A model generated the notes under the pieces. The model made no database searches. It was not told the DNA's origin and saw only the letters and a list, made by a program, of their open reading frames with translations. Both the position numbers and the translations under genes were made by a program. 64,000 bases of DNA from Ministeria vibrans ATCC 50519 (lineage: Eukaryota > Protista > Filasterea), in contig CALSCP010002121.1 in the NCBI GenBank assembly GCA_943704425.1, forward strand, positions 114,895 to 178,894, read 5' to 3'. Of this stretch, positions 24,559 to 41,078 are shown in pieces; position 1 is the stretch's first letter; each line of letters opens with the position of its first letter.

Positions 24559-26190
24559 ATGCGCTTTAAAACGAGCGTGTCCAAGCTGGGGGCCACGGGC
24601 GAGAGCGACCGCGATCGCGTCCAACAGGGACTAAATTCAAAAGCACAGCCACTCACGACCCACAGCGACTTTGCCACTTGCGTTGCGTGGACCAGCAACA
24701 CAGACCTCTATTCGTTGGGTGATGACCGCAGAATGCTTCGATGGGACTCAGAGAGGTGGGCACAAACGACGGAAACAACAAAAAAAGAATCGGTGGCAAC
24801 GCACCAAATACCGTTGTCCAGCGTGTTTTCTTGCAATTGAGAGCACCCTACACCCAGCTTGCTATGTTGTTGGCCTCTTATATGCAGTATGGTTACTTTC
24901 TGTTGCGTAGAATGCAAGCAAGCGTGGTGGCTACGTTTCCCGAGACGCTTTTTCCGACGACCCTTGACGTTTCCTTGACAAGTTCAAAAAAGGGAACAAG
25001 CACGACAGGGGAGATTTTTGTTGTTGGGGCGTCAGACGGCTTTATGCATCTGGTCACGTCAAAGCAGGTGCGGGCGGTTTAATTTGTCATGTTCGTCGTG
25101 ACTATAAGCGTTGTGACACTGATTGGCGTGCTCGAACTTGTTTTGGTTTATTTGATTTTAGGGACGTGTTGACAAATCCGTTGAGGCACACCAAGGGGCC
25201 GTGCTGTGTGTCAAATGGAATCAGACCGGGTCGGCTATTGCGAGCGTGGGCGAAGATGGCCAAGTGAAGGTGTGGTCTCCGAGCGGGATGCTCCGCACAC
25301 AGTTGGGCCAGCACGACGTGCCAGTGTACGCGTGTGCGTGGAGCCCCGACTCGGAGAGTATTGCTTACTCACAGGGACGTCACATGATGATCAAAGCCCT
25401 ACAGCCAGGCATCAAAGATACCGCGTGGAAGGCTCACGAAGGACTTGTTCTCAACGTACTCCTCTCTTTTCATGGCGTTTTATTTACTTATTATTATTTT
25501 TGTACTTTTTTTTTTTTAGGTTGATTGGAGTTCGGCAAACAACACGCTTGTGACGTCGGGAGAGGATAAGAAGTATCGAGTGTGGGACAGCTATGGACGA
25601 GTGTTGTACGTGTCGCACGTGAATGACTATGCGATTACGGCGCTACGATGGGCGCCCGATGGGAGCATGTTCGCCGTGGGCTCGTACAACATGCTGCGGC
25701 TGTGCGACCGGGCCGGGTGGTCTCATGCGGTGGAGCGCACGAGCGGTGGATCGTTGTTTGGTGTGGCATGGACCCCGGATGGGACGCAGCTGGGTGGGGC
25801 GTGTGCGACGGGGCAGATTGCGGTGGCTCTGGTGGTGGAGCGCAAACTTGAGTGGAAGAACTACGAGGCCGTGGTGCTCGACGAGAGTCGCATTTTGGTG
25901 CGTGACGTCATTCACGACACACGCGAGACGTTGGAGTTTGCAGAGCGCATTGTCAAGGTGGCGAGAGTAAAAATGGGGTGGTGCACACATTAATGCCAAG
26001 AACACATTACTTGTGTCATATTTTATCATTTACAGGTGTCGATGAGACATGGGCATTTGCTGGTGGTAACACGCACGCAGTGTGCCATTTATGGGTAAGT
26101 TTATTATTATTATGTTTGTTATATATTATTGAATCATACCGTGTCATTACACTTACACTTGTACCATTCCGAATTTCCGAAGAGGTTGAA

Positions 26191-26274
<84 letters not shown>

Positions 26275-26705
26275 AAACAACGTCTTTATGTTCGCGTCTC
26301 ACTATGTGTGTCTGTCAGAGTCCAGCGGTGGAGTTCGCCTGTACTGGTGGACCTGCGGGCGGGCACGGTGACACTACTGGTGCAGGCGGGCAAAGTGTTT
26401 GTGCTTGGCGATGCGGCTGGGCTGCATGTGTACGGTTATGACGGCCGACATCGCAGCAGCCCCAAGGGCGCCAACATGGCGTCACTGGCTGGGCGTGGAG
26501 ACCAGCTGTTAAGCGAGCGCACTGTGTCGCTTGCCAATGACACACTCGTCGTGCGTGATGTTGCCGATGAGCGCTCGGTGCACGTATTTGATGTGGCAAC
26601 AGGAAAACCGCTGGGCGTTAACAACACCAATGCACCCGCCGTGCGCCACGACATTCCCATCATGGAGGTAAAAATCTCAATATGCGACAACTAAGGGTGT
26701 GTGTA

Positions 26706-26736
<31 letters not shown>

Positions 26737-28030
26737 GTACATATTTTGTATGTGTGATTAATTCAATCTTTTATTTTTTTATTTTTCATCTCCTTGCTTG
26801 GTCTCTGTCTCTCTGTGTTGCTTTCATGGCAGATTCATATCAACCAGGGGGGAAACCAGCTTGAGGCACTGCTGGCGGTTGTTGACAAGAACCGTGATCT
26901 CTACCTCACGCCACTGCGCAAGGCCACTATCGACTTTGTTAAGGTATAATATTATTAGAAAATATATTTTTTAGCACTAGCGAGTTTTATTCTCATCGTT
27001 TTGTCACATCAGATTGGAACAATGGTGAACTCAGTGCAGTGGCACGACGAGGCGAACATGCTAGTGGGGATCCTAGATGCGCACTTTGTAACATGGTTTT
27101 ATCCGAATGTGTTCTTTGTCGATCGGGACATTGCGCGGGCGACGCGGGTTGATTCGGACGCCACGTCGTTCGGCAAGCACGCGACGCTGGTTAACGTGTA
27201 CGAGAGCAGTGCACTGGTGCGCCGCAACGATGGTGCACTTCTACCTGCTTTGCTGTCACCCTATCCACAGCAGCTGCTTGCACTGGTGCAGGCCGACCGA
27301 TGGGCTGACGCAGTGCGGCTCTGTCGCTTTGTCAAGGTTCCTGCGCTATGGGCGTCGCTGGCTGCGCTCGCCATGTACCAGCGCGACCTCAACACCGCCG
27401 AGGTGGCATACGCTGCCATTGAAGAGCTTGATAAGGTACACTATGTGCAGTACATGAAGACCATCCCGACAGCGGAGGCGCGCAATGCTGAGTTTGCGCT
27501 CTTTCGGCGCGCGTACGCCGAGGCCGAGACCACCCTCATCCAAGCCAACCTCATCTTCCGTGCCATCAAGATGCACTTGGATCTCTTCAACTTTGACCGG
27601 TGAGTATCTCAAATGTCAATTTTCTACAACCTCACCTGCTCTGCGTGTGTACGCCTCTCCTCTTTTTAGTGCGCTTGACTTGGCAATCAAATACAAGACT
27701 CATGTGGACACGGTGCTCTTTTTTCGTCGAAAGTACCTAAGGACGTTTGGGCGCGAAGAGGTTCAAAACACTCATCGAACAAGCGAGAGCGAGACTAAAA
27801 TTCTAATACGCTGTTTTTTTTTTAGGATCAGGATCGCTTTTTGCAGTATCGTGAAGGAGTCGAACTGGACTGGGAAAAGATCGAAAAGAAGGTACGCAAA
27901 AATATTAATGGCTTCTTCTTCTAATATTATTGTGATTTGGGTTATCTGATCTGCATTCTGTGGTGTGACGTAGATGGAAATGGAGCTCGAAGCGGAAAAG
28001 AATCGTCCCGGTGCGAGACCCTATGTTTGA
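24559..28030 (+). CDS. IFT80: Intraflagellar transport protein 80 (multi-exon)
   Basis: MRFKTS start; WD40 repeats [41 protein letters not shown]; [34 protein letters not shown]. Confidence 0.95.
26190..26273. repeat. (TAT)n microsatellite in IFT80 intron
   Basis: Directly visible. Confidence 0.95.
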
Positions 28031-28275
28031 GACCTTTTTAAAGAAATGAAAGCAAAGCATTAAGAGCTCTACTCATCATTGGGTTATGAATGCTTTTCAA
28101 GTTTTGAACGCTTTTTTCGCTTGTACAGTGGGCAGTGGACTCGTGATACAGTGCGCGAGACGTTCGCTTTGGCGTTACTTTATGAGCTCACTATGAGCTT
28201 ATTGAACATCGGATGATTTGGGTCTTCAATTGAAACTTGAAAGAATAATAACTTATTACTTTTCTTTGCTCCGTC

Positions 28276-33931
<5,656 letters not shown>

Positions 33932-34322
33932 TTTTGTTGTTGTTGTGTGTGTCTTTTTTGTTTTTTTTATCTATGTGTGTCTCAGTGTGTTTGTGTTTCA
34001 ATGTCGTTTTTCAACAACAACAATACAGCAAGAAATGTCAAGTGTGTTTCTCTCCATCCGACTTTTATTTTCCATAGCGTATGTCTACCTAGTTCATGAG
34101 CAGTCAGAGTTGTAGTTATTGTAGAATTGTTAAAAGTATTATAATAATTAGAAGAATACAACCCATTTATTAATGATACAGTCACCCCGCGAAGACACAG
34201 CCAGACCGCCTTGCAAACTCAACCGAAACTCTAGAGGTAAAATGGGAGAACACTCAGAACAGTGGCGGGTCATAGTTATTTCTGGTGTCTTATTTAACAT
34301 TAATTTTTCATACAATTCATCT

Positions 34323-35787
34323 ATGCGGTCAGCTGCGAAAGTATTGTCACTTATGACGCTCATTGTTGCCACCTTAATACTCGTGGTGGGGTGGCACAGC
34401 CGTGGTGTAACGGTTGGAAGCCCCGAGGTGGAGAGCATTGTCGTCAGTGAGCGCTCTGCGTCACCACCGTCCATCCCACCGCAGTCAGCAGGACACGAGC
34501 TGGCCAAGAGCGATGTTGAACGCAGTCAAGTTGCAAATAATGAGCCTCCAGTGGTGGCAAGACGGGAGGAGGAGATCAAGGAGGAGGCGGAGGAGGACAA
34601 AGGGCCAATGGACGACGAGTCAAAGCGCATCAGCGACGAATTTCACAATTCGGGCATTACGGGGCCATTCAAGGGGGTGTACGCCCCGTCTCAAGTGAGA
34701 GAATTGTTAGACCTGTCACGAGTGGTGAAGCGTTGGCAGTTTGGCTGGAAGACCGATCCACAACTGAAGCATGAGCCTTGGAGTTTTTCGTGCATCGGCT
34801 ACAACTCGAAGTGTCTTCGCCTCGCACTCGAGCCACGCCTTCTCAAGCTTGTACACGCAGTACTGGGACGTGACATACTCCTCTTTGGAATGGAATGGGT
34901 CGATCGACGGCCCGGCTCTGGACACCTGTGGCACACGGACGCAATGAGTGTGCGTTGCGGCAGCAAAGTTGTCCTCAACGTCTGGCTTGGACTACACGAG
35001 GTCGAACATGCGACGTCGCCCTATGTAATCAGCCACACGAGCCGCATACAGAGCCTTGTGAGCGACATTCATGATTTGGGGCCGGTAATAGGCGCTTCTG
35101 TCGGGAACTACACAGATCCAGTGGTGACCAAAGCAACGAGCGTACGACATTAATATTTGATTGTTTCTCTTTGTTACAAGCAATGACGTGCCCTGTCTTT
35201 GACGCGGAATGTATGTCGTATTGTGTGAATTTGCTTCTCATGATGATGATGTTTTTTTTTTTTTTTTCTGGGGGGGGGGGGNNNNNNNNNNTATTAATTA
35301 TTTACAATTTTTCATCAATATTCAATAATTATTTTGTTTAGACTATGCGCGTAAGAACGGAAGCAAGGAGGCGGAGGTGGTGCATCGGGCGATGGAGGTG
35401 GGTGACGTGATGCTGTGGGACATGTGGACTTGGCACATGGCTCTCAACCCGCTAGCTAATAACCGGTACAACAACGCACACAAACGAGCGGAGGACTTTT
35501 GTCCTCTCTTCTGAATCTGCTGCTTTGCAACTCAATGATGTGTGTGTGTGTGTGTGTGTACTTTCAGACGTGCAATGACAATCCGGTACACGACACCCGA
35601 CTGTGCGATTCGACAGCCGCTGACGTACGAAACGCCCGTAACCTTCAAGGAGGCGACGCCACCGCCAACAGTACTGGTGCGCGACGGGCGTATTGCCTCA
35701 CCCGCACACGTTGCACGTGTCCGCGCGCTGTACCCAAACCGCAATTGGATTGCGAACGACGTTCTTCCCGCGCACGAGGGGCTTTGA
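34323..35787 (+). CDS. Membrane-anchored PhyH-family Fe(II)/2OG dioxygenase (HxD type), 3 exons
   Basis: N-terminal TM; WHTD, NVWLGL, distal WHMALN..R; one intron contains an N gap. Confidence 0.8.
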
Positions 35788-36041
35788 GTTTGGACCATTG
35801 AGCAACGCAGGTGTACTAATAATATTATTATTATAATAAGACGTATAATATTTTCATTATTTATTTTATTTTGACTTGAGAATGTAATACAGACAAACAA
35901 ACGCACATAAACACACACACACATACACGAGAGAGGAGGGGGAGAGAGAGGAGGGGGAGAGAGAGAAACAAAGTGATAGAGAGAGAGAAACAAAGTGATA
36001 GAGAGAGAAACAAAGTGATAGAGAGAACAAACGTGTGGGCG

Positions 36042-37124
36042 CTATGCGATAAAGGAAGTAAAGTTGTTGTGGGGGTGGCGGCGGAGGAAGGCCGAGTCGG
36101 GCTCGGGGACGGCTGTGCGGTTGCGCACAAGAAGGACGGGTGGGAGTTGGTCGTAAAACGTGATGACGGGCGGTTCGAAGTTTTTCGGACGGCGGATGGG
36201 ACAGTCGGGAGTGGTGTAGCGCAAGAGAAAGGCGTCGCGCGGTAATGCCGTTGGGTTGACTGTGGCGTGCCACGTGCGGAAGGACCAGACGCCTGCCCAG
36301 CCATCCTGCATGGTCGGGTGGAGCAGGTGGGCGCTGGGCTGGCCGTGCAAATGGGCATAGCGCACGAGCTGATCGCCGTAGTGCAGCAGTTCGCTCGTCG
36401 AGAACTTGCCCAATAAAGGCACCTTTACGGCTTCGTTCGCCATGGGACCTACCAGGTGGCTGTACGGAATGAGGTAGGGTGCCGTGTCGTTATTGATGTT
36501 GTTCAGGCCAATCCACACGTTGATCAGCTGCGACTCTTTGCAGTTGAGTGCCTCGACGCCACTGTGCCACATTTGCGACGTGTCTGGGGCGCGATGTACT
36601 CGATCGATGGCAAAGAGAATAAATTCGGGGCCAAGCAGCTGCTCGACGACATCGAGGACGGCCGGTCGCAAACCCAGCGTGCGACATTCGGGGACGTACG
36701 CCAGACACGACATGTACCAGCGCGCATCCTCCTTGCGGTCCGGCCCGGGTCTTCGCAGAATCTCCCACTTGCGCCACGCTTGTCGGGCCATGCGAATGTC
36801 GTCGGCGTCGAACGCCTTGAACGCCGGCACGTATCCCTTTTTGGCGAACATTTCCTTGAGCGGCATGTCTCCCGCCGCATCATAACCCGTGCGCATTTCG
36901 ACATTCTCTCCGCCTTTGGGGTGTGTGCTGACGACGACAGGCGACTTGAAAACGTGTGCAACCTCCTCGCGACGCGTCAGTGGCGGAGGGGGCGGCACAA
37001 CGACGTCATCGTCGGCACCGTCACCAGAAGCCCCCGTGCCCGCAACGATGAACCCAACGGCAATGCATGTGAGCACACACACAACAGCAACGGCGACTGG
37101 GATCTTTTTAAGGCGAAGGATCAT
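36042..37124 (-). CDS. Membrane-anchored PhyH-family Fe(II)/2OG enzyme with HxG motif (putative halogenase), intronless
   Basis: N-terminal TM; WHSG at 36558-36569; NVWIGL, LIPYSH, distal WHATVN..R; clear paralog of 34323-35787 (shared RYTTPDCxIRxP). Confidence 0.8.
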   Translation of the reverse strand: MILRLKKIPVAVAVVCVLTCIAVGFIVAGTGASGDGADDDVVVPPPPPLTRREEVAHVFKSPVVVSTHPKGGENVEMRTGYDAAGDMPLKEMFAKKGYVPAFKAFDADDIRMARQAWRKWEILRRPGPDRKEDARWYMSCLAYVPECRTLGLRPAVLDVVEQLLGPEFILFAIDRVHRAPDTSQMWHSGVEALNCKESQLINVWIGLNNINNDTAPYLIPYSHLVGPMANEAVKVPLLGKFSTSELLHYGDQLVRYAHLHGQPSAHLLHPTMQDGWAGVWSFRTWHATVNPTALPRDAFLLRYTTPDCPIRRPKNFEPPVITFYDQLPPVLLVRNRTAVPEPDSAFLRRHPHNNFTSFIA

Positions 37125-37344
37125 TTAAAAAATGAAAAATTATTATAATTATTTTTATTCATCGTTGATGCCTCAAAAAAAATGTAACATAAACTACTGG
37201 TACATCCGTGATTAGTGTCAAGTCGCAACAATTGCACCAAAATATGAAACGTTTGAAAATTTCAAGTCCTTCCGAAATATCAACGAGCATTAAATGGATG
37301 ATGAAATGCTTAATGTGTAAGTATTAGACTGAAGGGATTCGCGC

Positions 37345-38548
37345 TTAAGCGGAGAGGGCTTTTTGCGCAGCTGCAACAATGGATTCGATGCTCTCCGCGA
37401 GCGACTCAAACACGCCGCTCGACTCGTACGCGTGCATGTCGAGAGCCACGTCACAGCTCTCCTTGACAACGCGCTCGGCATCGCCAGCAAAGCGCTGTAG
37501 TACCGGCAGACACGTCTCGGTCGCCACCGAGCCCAGTGCCTCGGCACACTCGTGCCGTACCATGGGATTAGTGTCTTCTTCCAGAGCCTATTGCACACAA
37601 AATACAAATCAGGTCAGATTGTGATAGGATTGTGTTCGCTCACTCGTTGAAGACCCTCAGCCGAGACGGGATGTTGCATTTGGCCAAGGACATATGCAAT
37701 TTCGTGACGAAAGAGAGCACTCTTGTCGTGGAATCCGGCGACCAGCGCAAGAACGCTCTCTTCACTGTTGCGGTTGCGCAGTGCAAACATGGCTCGGTAG
37801 CGCTCGAACAGAGGACGACTCGTGTCCAAAAGATGTTCACGTAACGTAGACGTCTCCAAGGGCGCTGCATCCTCTGAGTCAACGGCCTTTTCGCAAGGTG
37901 GCGCCGGATCGACACTCGAGAAGAGTCTGTGTGTGTGTATGTGTGTGTGTGTGAAACTGGTGAGAGATGGAACATGAAGGAGCGTACGGGTCCGGAGCAC
38001 CGGCTGCCTCTGCCTTTTGCGCCATGACCCATTCAACACGCTGGATTGCAATTTGGCATGTCTCTGCAACTTCAACGGTCTCGTCGTGTTCATACTTGCG
38101 CAAGACATCCAACACATTGGGAGCTGCGATCGCTCCGAGCGCCTCGGCCGCCTCGTGGCGCACCATTACTTGCTGCTTTGTATTGTCGAGTACGTCAATC
38201 AACAGAGGCACTGCATGGGGGTCTGTGAAGTCGAGGAGAACAGCGAAGCGAGAGGAGGGTTGAGAAGACGACGCGACGAAAAGGCGCAGGCACACCTTGC
38301 ATCTGGCCCAGGCAGTAGGCGCACTCGTGCTTGAGCAGCTCACTGTCAGAGGCAAACGAACGCGCGATAGCATCGATTGCAGCCGGTCCATTGAGCGTAC
38401 GAAGCACAAAGAGGGCACGAAAGCGCAAGGGAAGCGGCACGCGTTCGTTGGCGATCACGTCGCCAAGCTAAATCCAAAGAGAAGTCGAATCAGGATGCAC
38501 GCCAAGCGGAAACAGTACCTGTGGAATGACTACGTCTCTGTCGACCAT
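37345..38548 (-). CDS. DOHH: Deoxyhypusine hydroxylase (multi-exon)
   Basis: [66 protein letters not shown] (four HE motifs). Confidence 0.96.
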
Positions 38549-38690
38549 TCTTAGCAACACTAATAATAATATTAAGAAAACTGAAAAAATAATTAATTGT
38601 GTGTGAAATAGATCAAATTGAAAATCTCAACTCAGTTATTACCTGTTATTTCAAGCTAAACCGCTGTCTTGTTCCGTTCAGCAGGCGACG

Positions 38691-40214
38691 ATGAACCAGA
38701 GACGTAGGACGAATTGGGTCGAGAGTGACGACGAGATGGAAACGCCGGTGGCGTCGCGAGCGTTGGCGGAGACGGTCGCGGCGCAAGAATGGCCGCGGTC
38801 GCTCTTTCTGCGCAACTGGGCCGCCTTCTTCCTGCTGGGCACCATCAACAACCTGGCGTATGTGGTGGTGAATTCGAGTGCCGAGTCGCTGTCCGACTCG
38901 TTCTTCGCTTCGAACCTTCTCGGACTCATTCCGTGGGCCAACGTCGGCTTTGGCTTTGTCGCGCGCGCAGTCGCGACTGGATTACGCGACGTGGCCCCTT
39001 ACCCTGTGCGTTTCTTCATGACTGGATCCATTCTCCTCGTGGGTCTGCTCATGCTGTCGTTTGCGCCCTCTTTCGGCCTGGTCATCGCTTCCATTGTTGT
39101 CTGTGGCTTTTCGTCCAGCTTCGGCGAGTCCGTCACCCTCGGCTACTTGCGCCTGTTTCCTCCCGAGCTCGTGAATGCCTGGTCAAGTGGCACGGGAATG
39201 GCCGGTGTTGCCGGTAGTGCTCTGTATCTTCTTCTTTCTGGTATGGGCATGACCAATCGTCAGGTGTTTCTCTTCTCATTGCCCAGCGTCGCGCTCTACT
39301 GGTTGACATACGTTGTCATTGTCAAGCGGTCAGATGGCAGTGAAATTCGCGCGGAGACCGATGAACGGGAAGCATTACTGGATCGTGCTGCTATCGACGC
39401 GGTTGTACAGGCGGATGACGACGCCAACGGTAGTCAAGAGGACGACTCCGTGTCTCAGGCGCCCTCGATGACCACGACGCTAGCCAAAGCGACCAAGTTT
39501 CCAACCGAATCGTCCTTTAAGCGCTACATGCGTTGTACACGCCTTGTCCTTGGTGTATCATGTCAGCTTGCCGCAGTGTACTTCTTCGAGTATGTCATTT
39601 CATCAGGATTGAGTGCGAAGGTGAGAAGAAAAGGATTCTATTGTTACAAACATATACACTTTCACCTGTTCCCTCACTTACACACACACACGCACGCACG
39701 CACACACTTACCTTTAATATAGGTGTTGACTGCACAACAGCAACAGAGCAAATCATACGTATATGTACATGCGTATGCGCTGCTATCTTTCTGCTACCAG
39801 GCAGGCGTCTTTGTATCACGCTCATCCCTTCAACTGCTCCACATCCACCGCATCTCCATTCTGACGCTTCTCCAAGCAGCCAATTTTGTTCTTTGGATGG
39901 TCGACGCTCACTACCGCTTTCTGCCTATTGGCGCACTTCTTCCCCTCATGGTCTTTGTGGGGCTCTTGGGCGGTGCAATGTATGTCAACGTCTTCTATCT
40001 TGTCCTTAACGACCCAGTACGAATCATTTTGTTATTCTTTTCCTGCTCTTCTCTCTCCTCGTCTTCTTCACCTCAACAATATGTCTCTGTCACGCAGGAT
40101 ATTGCCAATGAAGACCGTGAGTTATGCATCAACATTGTTGCGTTTGCCATCACCATTGGCATTACCCTTGGCTGTGCTGCAATCCTTCTGTTCGACAACA
40201 CCTTCCTCAAGTAA
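38691..40214 (+). CDS. CLN3: Battenin / CLN3 family lysosomal transporter (multi-exon)
   Basis: FFLLGTINNLAYVV, SSFGE, WSSGTGMAGVAG, VYFFEY, YQAGVFVSRSS, GLLGGAMYVN. Confidence 0.93.
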
Positions 40215-40410
40215 CTCTACCGTATTAATAATCATTATAATACTATAGCAATACAGCTTTAATACAGCTACGACTCGTGTACATTAGTCTTTTTGTTACA
40301 GAACTGTTCATAGTCGCCAAGCACAATCGCATTCTAAAAGAACGTTAGAGAAAAAATGTGTGAGAGAGAGAGGATATTGTACGAAAAAGAACAACAGAAA
40401 GTGATGCAAC

Positions 40411-40506
40411 TCAGATTGGAAGCGTCAACACAAATCCCACTCGGTAAAGAGGGGACTTTATGACATATGCTTGTCATTTTGTGCCCTCACTCGAGCAACT
40501 CATCAT
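40411..40506 (-). ncRNA. SNORD27: Box C/D snoRNA, U27/SNORD27 (snR74)-type, copy A
   Basis: Minus strand: box C ATGATGA, guide CACAAAATGACAAGCATATG (antisense to 18S 5' CAUAUGCUUGUC), box D CTGA. Confidence 0.82.
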
Positions 40507-40667
40507 AGTCTAGTAGACTGTGGTTGCAAAGTCGATCGACAAAGTACCTTGAAATAAACTTGCAGCGCATTCAAAAAGTACGCACGCATTCTCATCTAAG
40601 AAAGCCATACAAAGTTAGAACGAAGAAACAAAGAGAGAGACTCAAACAGAACAAATAAACATTTAAT

Positions 40668-40758
40668 TCAGATTGGAAGCATCAACAGAGACTCTGCATA
40701 CACAGAACCTTATGACATATGCTTGTCATTTTGTGCCCTCACTCGAGCAACTCATCAT
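40668..40758 (-). ncRNA. SNORD27: Box C/D snoRNA, U27/SNORD27 (snR74)-type, copy B
   Basis: Same C box, guide and D box as copy A; intronic. Confidence 0.82.
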
Positions 40759-40932
40759 AATAACAGCCTAGTACGCAACGGCTGCAAAGTCGATCGACAA
40801 AGTACCTTGAAATAAACTTGCAGCGCATTCAAAAGTATAAAAGTACGCACGCATTCTCATCTAAGAAAGCCATACAAAGTTAGAACGAAGAAACAAAGAG
40901 AGAGACTCAAACAAAACAAATAATCGTTTAAT

Positions 40933-41023
40933 TCAGATTGGAAGCATCAACAGAGACTCTGCATACACAGAACCTTATGACATATGCTTGTCATTTTGTG
41001 CCCTCACTCGAGCAACTCATCAT
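40933..41023 (-). ncRNA. SNORD27: Box C/D snoRNA, U27/SNORD27 (snR74)-type, copy C
   Basis: Same sequence as copy B; lies in an intron beginning at the GTAAGC that overlaps the INTS8 stop. Confidence 0.82.
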
Positions 41024-41078
41024 AATAACGCGCACAGAGAAGACAGAGAAGAGAAAAAGCGAGACAAAAAATAATTGC

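Larger units (their letters stand above)
40411..41028. repeat. Tandem ~260-bp repeat (2 full copies plus a partial third): short exon + snoRNA-bearing intron
   Basis: Units start at 40411, 40668, 40933 with near-identical sequence and small indels. Confidence 0.9.

Noticed and set aside
40411-41028. CRISPR-like array or rRNA fragment
   Set aside because: Units are ~260 bp with no unique spacers; the 18S match is only the 12-nt snoRNA guide complement
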